A stretch of 64,000 bases of DNA from Patescibacteria group bacterium (GTDB lineage Bacteria; Patescibacteriota; Minisyncoccia; JACQLN01): assembly GCA_038065095.1 (NCBI GenBank), contig JBBTRR010000006.1, positions 84,713 through 148,712 of the forward strand. Reading direction: 5' to 3'. Within the stretch, counting starts at the first letter, position 1; every line of letters begins with the position of its first letter. Below, piece by piece: positions 20,748-29,400 of this stretch. The notes below the pieces were generated by a model that was not told the origin of the DNA, ran no database searches, and was given only the letters and a program-made list of their open reading frames with translations. Position numbers and translations under genes: made by a program.

Positions 20748-20773
20748 ATCCGATATATATCGGATATACTATA
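20748..20773. promoter_or_regulatory. 26-bp perfect palindrome gtatatccgatatatatcggatatac upstream of the 801-aa membrane protein gene
   Basis: Perfect dyad; related dyad atatccgatacctctatcggatat at 33773-33796 upstream of the giant gene; preceded by 21-bp direct repeat tttacttaattatagtatatc x2. Confidence 0.45.
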
Positions 20774-21158
20774 TGATTAATTTTAGCATTAAATAAAAAA
20801 TACAGCATTGTGGATTAAATTTTGTCTTACAAAAACAGGCGTCAATAAATTAATGTCGCACAACGGCGACAATCTGTGAAAAAGAAATTGAATTTGGGGA
20901 TATTAATTAATCTCAAGGCTAAACCTTGGAACTTCTTTAAAGTTTAGCCTTGCTAAGAAAATTATGCAATGTCTTTTATAGTTTATTAAAAACCTAAAAC
21001 ATTACTAATTGTTAGTAATAAATTAATAAAACTATGCATAAAGATTACAAAACATTAATATAGTAGCTTTTGCTAATACGGCTATAGCCTCTAAAAAGAT
21101 CGTGCTGTATAATGTACCTATGCCTAAGAAAAATAATTACATCACATAGAATTTAGGT

Positions 21159-21809
21159 TTATCTATCCCAATTCCACTCTTTAAACCCTTTTCCTGCCTC
21201 TCCTTTTTCCCACTTAGCCCTTTCAATTATCTGCCCATTTTCTAACCGTACCGATCCTTGTTCTTTTAAACTTTTTCTAAACCAATCTTCTTCATCTTTG
21301 CGCCGATCTTTCTGGCGTTTTAGTTTATCTGCTACCGATAATATTCCTTCGCTTCCCATTTTATCTGTTAAAGATTTTTGCAGTTTATCTAGTAAATAAT
21401 TTAATTCTTTGGCACGAAGTTTTAGTTGTAAACAAATGGGCAAAATGGGATTAAGGGGATAAAACAATATTTTCTCCCATTCCCTTTTCTCCCATTTCCC
21501 CCCTTCCACCCCCTTTGCGGCGTAAACGCCGCGTAGTATATCCGTAAAATCTTCTTCTAGTTCTGCGTTAGACGCAACAGCGTAACCCAAAAATTGATAA
21601 TATTCGCGGGTTGAATTTCTTTTCCAACCCTCGGTTATATTTTGTTTTGTTGAACGAGCTGATCTTTCCATTTGATCTGAAAGGGCTAAAAGGGTTTTTG
21701 AATGGGAGAAAGTTTTTACATAATCTGCTAAAGCCATCTGCAACTCTTCAGCTTTTTTATAAACCAGCAACTCTCTATACCCATATAAACTTTTAGCTTG
21801 TTTGATCAT
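21159..21809 (-). CDS. Four-helix-bundle protein (TIGR02436 / 23S rRNA-IVS protein / Avd-like family) with C-terminal extension
   Basis: YRELLVYKKAEEL...DQMERSARSTKQNITEGWKR.S..E...FL..A..S..ELE pattern characteristic of the family. Confidence 0.6.
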   Translation of the reverse strand: MIKQAKSLYGYRELLVYKKAEELQMALADYVKTFSHSKTLLALSDQMERSARSTKQNITEGWKRNSTREYYQFLGYAVASNAELEEDFTDILRGVYAAKGVEGGKWEKREWEKILFYPLNPILPICLQLKLRAKELNYLLDKLQKSLTDKMGSEGILSVADKLKRQKDRRKDEEDWFRKSLKEQGSVRLENGQIIERAKWEKGEAGKGFKEWNWDR

Positions 21810-21816
21810 ATTTTTT

Positions 21817-22000
21817 TATTTCTTTCCCATTTTCACCCTTTTTTTCTATTCACCGTCTTTTATCCTCTCCTTTCTTCCTCTTTCTTCCCTTTTTATTTTT
21901 CCCATTTTCTCCCCTTATTCCCTTTTTTCTTCACCCCTTTCTTCCCCCTTTCCCAATCCCATTTCTCTTTATCCTGAGCCTGTCGAAGGACCTTTTCCAC
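21817..22000. repeat. Polypyrimidine (CT-rich) low-complexity tract
   Basis: About 185 bp almost entirely C/T with recurring cccattttctccc units. Confidence 0.7.
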
Positions 22001-22014
22001 CCCTTTTTCTTTTT

Positions 22015-23496
22015 TTATGGAGTTTCCGCTGGAGGTGTTACCGGTTCCTCGACCACAGCGACAGGTTCTTCTGCAGGCGGTGTTACCACAGGCTCTTCAA
22101 CCAGAGGCAGGATGGATTCCTCGGTTGTTGGAGGAATAATCTCTTCCACTGGGGATGCAACTGCTTCTGCGAGCGGAGCTACTGGTTCAATGGGTGTAAC
22201 AGGATTAATGGGTTCCAAAGGGGTTTCTGAAGGAGGTTGTGATGGGGTCAAAGGAGCAACTTCCTCTGCTCCTTTCTTCCTTGCAATAACCATCCAATCA
22301 AAAGTTCCGCCTTCATCAAAAGCATTTATTTCTTTAACTTCAAAACCAAATCTGGTTTTTTGGCTAACATATAACGGGCCGTTCAAACGGCTGGTTGGTG
22401 TTAAAATAACTTTTATATTTTCGGTTTCGGAAATAAGCGAAACAAAACTTTCATCAAATTTTATTTTAATTCCAGCCGATGCCAATCCAGTTTGAGCATC
22501 GACTGGTAACGTAACTAAAGTGGCCGATCCCGAAGCTATAACTTCATCTCGGCTGGATGTTATGCCAAAAGTTTTAAAATTAACATCGGTTTCGGTTTCG
22601 TCTTTCTTTATTAACTTGGTGGTTTCAGCTAAAGCCGCATTAGCCCAATCGCCTATTGTTGACGCAATCGAAGCAAGCGTGGATTTGGCAACCGTGATTG
22701 CATTATTAATAAAACCCGAAGGCACAGGAGCTTCGCTCCCACTTGGGAGCGAAGCTCCCAAGTTAACGGCCTCTAAATTGGCAACCCTAGTTTTAATATC
22801 TTCTATTTGAACTTGTTGCGCCTTCACACCAGCTAATATAAACGAAGAGAGTTTGTATATATCTACGCCTTTACCATCTATACTTAGAACTTCGGCTGGA
22901 GCTTCTTCTGCTATTAAACCCAATCTCTTGGGATTAGCAGAGTCTTCTATACCATAGTGATAAGTGGCCACATTAGCAGATTTAATTTTTTCCAGAATGT
23001 TTTTTTCTTCTTCGCCTGTTAAATATTGTATATCTATTTTGGAACTACGCGTAGATATATTTACAAAAGCCGTGGCAGCGATATCTCCCACAACCGAAAG
23101 TTTATAGCTTGGAGTAGATGTACCGATACCAACACGGCCAGCCGATGTAACCACAAAAGAAGTTTCTTCGGAATCATTAACCTGCAGTTTCGCGGTGGGC
23201 GTGGTAGTACCGATGCCGACGTTGCCACTCATATTTATATAAGTGTTATGCGCAAAAATATCGTTGCCCACAAAGTTGTGCGTATCTTCCACTTCAATAT
23301 CGTAAACTTGTTCGCGGCCAACGGGTTTAATAGCCACAATTTCGTCCCAAAACACGTCGCTCTCTGTTACATCAACACGACCAGATAAACCACCATTTTT
23401 ATGCAAATCTAAAACACCTTTTTTGGGTACGGCAATAAACTCGCCGACTTTAATCTGCGATATTTTTTTCCATTTAGTTTTTTCTTTGATTGGCAT
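22015..23496 (-). CDS. Intein C-terminal half (Int-C, ~84 aa) fused to C-extein: GIGTTTP-repeat / S74-chaperone-like / Pro-Glu-rich tail protein
   Basis: N-terminus KWKKISQIKVGEFIAVPKKG...DVFWDEIVAIKPVGREQVYDIEVEDTHNFVGNDIFAHN|T matches mini-intein blocks F/G (cf. Ssp DnaB mini-intein DIYWDSIVSI...VFDLTVPGPHNFVANDIIVHNS); extein continues NVGIGTTTPTAKL repeats seen in the giant ORF. Confidence 0.7.
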   Translation of the reverse strand: MPIKEKTKWKKISQIKVGEFIAVPKKGVLDLHKNGGLSGRVDVTESDVFWDEIVAIKPVGREQVYDIEVEDTHNFVGNDIFAHNTYINMSGNVGIGTTTPTAKLQVNDSEETSFVVTSAGRVGIGTSTPSYKLSVVGDIAATAFVNISTRSSKIDIQYLTGEEEKNILEKIKSANVATYHYGIEDSANPKRLGLIAEEAPAEVLSIDGKGVDIYKLSSFILAGVKAQQVQIEDIKTRVANLEAVNLGASLPSGSEAPVPSGFINNAITVAKSTLASIASTIGDWANAALAETTKLIKKDETETDVNFKTFGITSSRDEVIASGSATLVTLPVDAQTGLASAGIKIKFDESFVSLISETENIKVILTPTSRLNGPLYVSQKTRFGFEVKEINAFDEGGTFDWMVIARKKGAEEVAPLTPSQPPSETPLEPINPVTPIEPVAPLAEAVASPVEEIIPPTTEESILPLVEEPVVTPPAEEPVAVVEEPVTPPAETP

Positions 23497-23533
23497 ATTT
23501 TTTATAATTATTTTTTTCTTTTTGCTAGTCTTT

Positions 23534-23577
23534 AAGGTCAGACCTTTTTCTTAACGGGCATATTAAGGTCAGACCTT
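23534..23577. repeat. Paired palindrome aaggtcagacctt-N18-aaggtcagacctt (cassette boundary, copy 1)
   Basis: Two 13-bp near-perfect palindromes flanking tttcttaacgggcatatt; near-identical copy at 26270-26313. Confidence 0.7.
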
Positions 23578-23647
23578 GGAACTTAATATTTTTATTTTTC
23601 GCCCCATTGGGACGCGAATCTCGGCAGAAATATCGGCACTGGGGCGT

Positions 23648-24085
23648 TCAACGTCGGGACTGGGACGGCTCATACCACTTCTGCCACGACTTTTCCAAAC
23701 GAAATATCTTTGTTCTAGCTTCGCTGTAACGCCGAACCAAATCATCAACTAACTCCACATCAATTTTGTCGCCATAAATTCCCTTGGCCTGTTCCAAATA
23801 TACCACCATTTTATTGCACCCCACCAAAATCCGCTCTAGCATACTGATAGAATTTTCGTGATTACCAAAACGAGTGGAATGAGCTGAAGCCAAAGCCATC
23901 GGCAAACCCAAAGCACACTTCACTAATTCTTCCACAAATGGGCATTTAATTTTAGCCAGTCCAGCGCTAATATCTTTAACCACGATCACCGAGGCTTCCA
24001 AAGTTTTTTGATACACTTCCAAATCCCGGAAGCTCCTGACCGGTTTTTTTACAGAATAAGTTTTTTGAGAATTATAGTTTATCAT
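23648..24085 (-). CDS. Four-helix-bundle protein (TIGR02436 / Avd-like family)
   Basis: 145 aa; FRDLEVYQKTLEASV... signature start of the family; higher GC than surroundings. Confidence 0.6.
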   Translation of the reverse strand: MINYNSQKTYSVKKPVRSFRDLEVYQKTLEASVIVVKDISAGLAKIKCPFVEELVKCALGLPMALASAHSTRFGNHENSISMLERILVGCNKMVVYLEQAKGIYGDKIDVELVDDLVRRYSEARTKIFRLEKSWQKWYEPSQSRR

Positions 24086-24099
24086 TTTTTTCGCATTAT

Positions 24100-25518
24100 C
24101 TAAACTATCTTTAATTTATTTTCTCTCGGAATCTCAAACGCCATACCCTTATTTTTTAAATAAACTTTTTTCTTTTTGCGATCCGATATTTTTTTAACCA
24201 CATGCAACGGATAAAATTCAAAATAATCTTTTTCATCAAACCAGCCGCACTTAAATTCATATAATCGCAAACCGGTCAGACGCGACAAGGCCAAAGCATA
24301 CCACTCCAATTGTTCAATTGGCTTTTCTTTGGCGGCGTTGGGTTTGTAATCAAGAATATGAATCTGGCCGTTTCTAATTTGAAGCAAGTCTATGTGGCCA
24401 GTGAGCAATCTTGGCACCCCAGCGCCGACTTTGTCTTCTGCCGGCCTTGTGGCCGTCTCATTGCCGATGTTTTCCGAATCTGTCCCTTGTTGCTCAACGC
24501 CAAGTTCAACCTCGGGAACGGGACGATCCCAAATCTTAAAATTCAACACATTTTCCATATGTTCAATATCTTCTTTTCTAATATACACCGGCACTTCCGA
24601 AGCTACAGTAACCGAATCATTGGCCACCATAAACATCTGCAAGCGGTCGTGCCTAGCTTTATTATCGCTCACGCCCTGCAAAACAAACTCGGCCAAGCGG
24701 TTGGCATAATTTTGTTTTGAATGCACAATCATTTGAGCTTTGCTAAATTTAGTTTTAACTTCCGACATCCGCCCGCCTTCCTGAAAATATTGATGCGGGG
24801 TTTCAGCCGAAACCGCGTCTAAATAATCTTTTAATGGTTCAAAATTTCGGTTTTTAAATTCCTGCAAAGCTAATGCTATTTTGGGCCGATGGTAACGAAA
24901 GCGATACAACTGCCGATGCGCCATGGTTACGGTTTCTATAGTTTTTTCAGGCGAACACATTTTTGTGGCGTAAGGCCTCAATCTGGAATAACGGCACAAC
25001 TCGGCATATTCTTCTACCCAGCCCGATAACGTAGAGGCGCCGGGGTTAACGCCAAATTTTTGGTTTAACGCGCGGCAAGTAGCTTCCAAAGTGTGGCCGA
25101 GATTGTAAATAGTTAAACCCGCCATAATTACATTCACCGGAAACTTTTTTCCTTTTACAAATTGAGCGGTGAACACACGAGAACAAGCGTGACACAAATA
25201 TAATTGAACGGTTTCAAATTTCTTTTTTCTAACCCCGCGTTTTACAAAATCCGTAGATGAACAATAAGGGCAACGCTCGGCGATTCGGGATTCCCCCATC
25301 CCAGTGCCGAGCGCCCCGCTCCCGATATTGCCTTTATGTTGAATTGCAGAAACTTCCGATGTTGCTTCTGAAAAAACTTCGGCATCGGGTCGTGCCAAAA
25401 GGCCTGCCTTTTCAATATCGGCACAGGGGCGTTCAACCTCGGGAGCGGGTCGACTAAATTTATTCATAATTTTTCCTAATAAGTTTTTCATGACAAGTAA
25501 ATTAACAATCATTGACAC
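24100..25518 (-). CDS. Zinc-ribbon + PD-(D/E)XK-like nuclease (candidate free-standing homing endonuclease of the cassette)
   Basis: 472 aa; CPYCSS...CHACS zinc ribbon; C-terminal GHIDLLQIRNGQIHILDYKP...EQLEWYAL consistent with D..(D/E)xK nuclease core; ~50% GC versus ~35% flanks; truncated duplicate of its 5' end (MSRPSPDVERPSADI) at 23571-23673. Confidence 0.5.
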   Translation of the reverse strand: MSMIVNLLVMKNLLGKIMNKFSRPAPEVERPCADIEKAGLLARPDAEVFSEATSEVSAIQHKGNIGSGALGTGMGESRIAERCPYCSSTDFVKRGVRKKKFETVQLYLCHACSRVFTAQFVKGKKFPVNVIMAGLTIYNLGHTLEATCRALNQKFGVNPGASTLSGWVEEYAELCRYSRLRPYATKMCSPEKTIETVTMAHRQLYRFRYHRPKIALALQEFKNRNFEPLKDYLDAVSAETPHQYFQEGGRMSEVKTKFSKAQMIVHSKQNYANRLAEFVLQGVSDNKARHDRLQMFMVANDSVTVASEVPVYIRKEDIEHMENVLNFKIWDRPVPEVELGVEQQGTDSENIGNETATRPAEDKVGAGVPRLLTGHIDLLQIRNGQIHILDYKPNAAKEKPIEQLEWYALALSRLTGLRLYEFKCGWFDEKDYFEFYPLHVVKKISDRKKKKVYLKNKGMAFEIPRENKLKIV

Positions 25519-25564
25519 AACTTACATATTTGACATTACCGTTAAATAGATTATCATTGTATTT

Positions 25565-25819
25565 ATGAAAATGGCTACCAAAAACAACATTGGCGGAGCT
25601 ATCGTTATCAAGCAGAAAGTTAGGTTTGGCAAACCCTGTATTAAGGGAACTAGAATTGCTATTGCCGATATCTTGAACCTTTTGAAAGCCGGTTATGCTA
25701 TTGAGGAAATTCCAGAACAATACCCCAACATAACCACCGAAGATGTGCGCTTGGCTTTGCGCTACGCCGCGAGGACAATGGCCAAAGAAGAAATTCTGGA
25801 AGTTGCTCCCGTGCAGTAG
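25565..25819 (+). CDS. DUF433-family protein (putative antitoxin-like)
   Basis: 84 aa; GKPCIKGTRIAIADILNLLKAGYAIEEIPEQYPNITTEDVRLALRYA matches DUF433 signature. Confidence 0.7.
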   Translation: MKMATKNNIGGAIVIKQKVRFGKPCIKGTRIAIADILNLLKAGYAIEEIPEQYPNITTEDVRLALRYAARTMAKEEILEVAPVQ

Positions 25820-25843
25820 AGTCAAACCGATTCTATTTACTAT

Positions 25844-26203
25844 ATGCTCAAAATTTTTGCCGACGAGTGCATTAACACCGACCTTGTTTTGACTATTAAG
25901 AATAGTGGTTTTTATGTTCTCTCCACCAAAGAAGCTGGGCTTACTGGCGCCAGTGATGAAGAAGTTTTTGATTTTGCTATCGAAAAAGACTTGGTTATTC
26001 TTACTGCCGATCGCGGTTTCGGCGATATCTTTCGTTTCAATATTGGAAATAGCCGTGGTGTCATTGTTGTTCTGGTAGATCAGATGACGCGAGAAGAAAT
26101 TATTAATGTAACTGTGGGGTTTTTTAATTTTATTAAGAAATCTGGAATTGAAGGCAAACTGGCTATTATCGGCAAAAACAAAATCAGAATTGTTGGACGA
26201 TAA
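25844..26203 (+). CDS. DUF5615-family (PIN-like) protein, putative toxin partner of DUF433
   Basis: 119 aa; MLKIFADECI...GASDEEVFDFAIEKDLVILTADRGF typical of DUF5615; adjacent to DUF433 gene. Confidence 0.65.
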   Translation: MLKIFADECINTDLVLTIKNSGFYVLSTKEAGLTGASDEEVFDFAIEKDLVILTADRGFGDIFRFNIGNSRGVIVVLVDQMTREEIINVTVGFFNFIKKSGIEGKLAIIGKNKIRIVGR

Positions 26204-26269
26204 ATATTGGAAATATATTTGGGGTTTACCCACGACCTCCGCCGGAAACGGTGGGGGGTCTATTTTTTC

Positions 26270-26313
26270 AAGGTCAAACCTTTTACTTAACGGGCATATT
26301 AAGGTTTGACCTT
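26270..26313. repeat. Paired palindrome aaggtcaaacctt-N18-aaggtttgacctt (cassette boundary, copy 2)
   Basis: Same architecture and spacer (ttaacgggcatatt) as 23534-23577, direct orientation. Confidence 0.7.
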
Positions 26314-26461
26314 TTTCTATACCTTTTTGGTCTTGTTTCATATCACGACTAAGCGTGATCAAAATCTCACGAGTTTCGGAAATATAAGCACTACCACCGC
26401 CAGCCGTGATACAGATTCCACTGTTTTTTAACTTAATTTTATAAAAAATATTTTTCATATT

Positions 26462-29400
26462 CTAAGAATTATCACTGACAATTTCGGCAAAGTCCCCGCG
26501 CGACAAAAAGACCAGTTTCACAAGGTAAGGATGATTCGCGGTGGTTCTGATTTTTCGCCCCGACTTTGTTACAAGTTCAAAAACTTCCTGCACGCCCATA
26601 TCCATTAAACCATTTACTCGGGCATATTTTACGCAACCAGTTTTTTCATCCAAAGACATCACTTCATCGCCCGCCAAAATATCTTTAATCGCGACTTCAT
26701 CGTATTCAAATTCCCCCTCAAGGTCAGACCTTGGGAATTTTGGTTTTAAGGTCTGACCTTTTTCTTTCGGATGTTTGCGTCTCCTGCGAAGGCGTGTATC
26801 CCCAGTTACGCACTGCGCCACAATGTTCACATTGCCCCCTAAACTGGCGTTACCAAGCGTTATATTGCCCGTAGCATCAACCACCATAGAAGGCGCGGCG
26901 GCGGGGGCGTTCGTTACATTTAAAACATTATTGATATTCTGAATACCCTTAACCAAAATCGGCACCAAGCCAGTAGTGTTTAACGACTTCATTCCATCTG
27001 CATCGGTAGCGATAAGTTTAGGAATTAAAGCTTCTACTTCTTGAGCAATAAAACCAAGACTCTTTGTTGTGCCATCATTTTCATAATTCCAATTGTAAAG
27101 AACTGGTCTTAAGTCCATTACCGTAGCTAGTCCATAATTTATGTCTTCAATATTTTTCTTTAATCTAACATCCGAAGAACAAGCTATTGTTCCGCCAGTG
27201 GCTAAAGTACAACCTGTGGTGTTCACATCAGTGAACTTTGCGATGGTTACTCCGGTACCAGTGCCTTTAACTTCTAGTGGAGCACCGGGATTCGTCGTCC
27301 CGATGCCGACGTTGCCGTTTTGGTCTATCCTCATCGCTGCATTCTGCACACCGTCTTTGTATGTTAAAAATCTAAAGACGCCAGAATCCGCATCAGCCAC
27401 ACTTGGCTGATTTGCTTCAATCTTTGCTATTAAATTCGCCCCGTTATAGAACCTGATGGTACCCAAATCTTCATCGGCGTTATTCCTCGAGCCTTTTAAT
27501 TGTAAAATTGAAGCGCCTAATCCGCTTCTTTCGATGGTGATGCCCTGTGCGTCCGTGGCTCCATAAATATGCAATTGGTTTCCCGGCCCCGTCGTCCCGA
27601 TGCCGACGCTTCCATCTTCTACCCACAGAGTGCTTCCGCTTGCTCCCCTCACCTCCAGCGTGGATGTGGCTATCAGCGAAGATGTGGTAGTCGTGCCCAT
27701 AGCATACAAGCCATCCATAGTTACATTGCCGTCCACTGCCAAAAGATTCCCGGGTGTCGTCGTCCCGATGCCGACGTTGCCGTTTACAACTAACTTCTGG
27801 TCAAAAGTCGCATCCCCCACATCAACATAAAGACCTCCTGAAGTGATATTTAAACCTCCTGTGCCTAAAGAAAGACCGCCATCAAATGTAGAAGTTGCTG
27901 TTCCGCTATTCTTTATTATTGTAGAAACATTAAGTATCGGAGTAGAAAATATGGTTGAAGCATTCAAATTGGGTAGAGTAGATGTAGCAGAACTAGCAGA
28001 AGTTAATTTTCCGCTAAATAATGAATCACCCGTAACATTTAAAGCATTGGCTGATAATCCTCCTGTGGCAAATATACCTCCTCCCGCAAATGTAGATGTA
28101 GCCGTGCCAGAGTTTTTAAGTATTGTAGAAACTTCTAAGGTTGGGGTTGTTAGTATAGTGGAAACATTTAATTGAGGGGCGGTTGATGTGGAAGCTCCCG
28201 TTAGAGTGAGTTTGCCACTGGATAAAATATCTCCTCCTGTAATGGTAAGCCCTGTGGCTGAACTTAGTCCGCCAGTAGTTAGTATGTTAATACCTCCAGT
28301 AAATGTAGAGGTGGCAGATTCTGTTACATCTAACGCTCCAGCGAATGTGTTGTTAGTGGTAGATGTGGCAGTAAGAAAAGAAATTTTTGTTTGACCTTCC
28401 ACGGTTAGTTCACCAATATTGGCATTGCCTTGAACGGATAAGAGACTGCCGGGTGTAGAAGTTCCAAATCCAACTTTTTCTTTAAATACTGCCAGCACAT
28501 TGCCACCAGTGTAAGCCGAGCTTCTGACTTCCAATGTAGAGGTGGCAATGAGAGAAGAGGAGGTGGAGGTGGCTTGGGTGTAGAGAGAATCAAAGTTTCC
28601 AGAACCGTTCACATCCAGGAGATTCCCGGGTGTCGTCGTCCCGATGCCGACGTTGCCGTTTACAACTAACTTCTGGTCAAAAGTCGCATCCCCCACATCA
28701 ACATAAAGACCTCCTGAAGTGATATTTAAACCTCCTGTGCCTAAAGAAAGACCGCCATCAAATGTAGAAGTTGCTGTTCCGCTATTCTTTATTATTGTAG
28801 AAACATTAAGTATCGGAGTAGAAAATATGGTTGAAGCATTCAAATTGGGTAGAGTAGATGTAGCAGAACTAGCAGAAGTTAATTTTCCGCTAAATAATGA
28901 ATCACCCGTAACATTTAAAGCATTGGCTGATAATCCTCCTGTGGCAAATATACCTCCTCCCGCAAATGTAGATGTAGCCGTGCCAGAGTTTTTAAGTATT
29001 GTAGAAACTTCTAAGGTTGGGGTTGTTAGTATAGTGGAAACATTTAATTGAGGGGCGGTTGATGTGGAAGCTCCCGTTAGAGTGAGTTTGCCACTGGATA
29101 AAATATCTCCTCCTGTAATGGTAAGCCCTGTGGCTGAACTTAGTCCGCCAGTAGTTAGTATGTTAATACCTCCAGTAAATGTAGAGGTGGCAGATTCTGT
29201 TACATCTAACGCTCCAGCGAATGTGTTGTTAGTGGTAGATGTGGCAGTAAGAAAAGAAATTTTTGTTTGACCTTCCACGGTTAGTTCACCAATATTGGCA
29301 TTGCCTTGAACGGATAAGAGACTGCCGGGTGTAGAAGTTCCAAATCCAACTTTTTCTTTAAATACTGCCAGCACATTGCCACCAGTGTAAGCCGAGCTTC

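Noticed and set aside
21802-22230. 142-aa plus-strand ORF rich in Pro/Phe/Ser
   Set aside because: It is a translation of the CT-rich low-complexity tract and overlaps the Int-C/C-extein gene.
25502-26458. 318-aa minus-strand ORF that continues in the same frame directly after the giant gene's stop codon (TAG at 26462-26464, then AAT, then ATG)
   Set aside because: It runs antisense across the well-supported DUF433 and DUF5615 genes and has N/F/S-rich low-complexity composition with no intein block F/G. It is most likely a spurious antisense ORF. Stop-codon read-through cannot be fully excluded without expression data.
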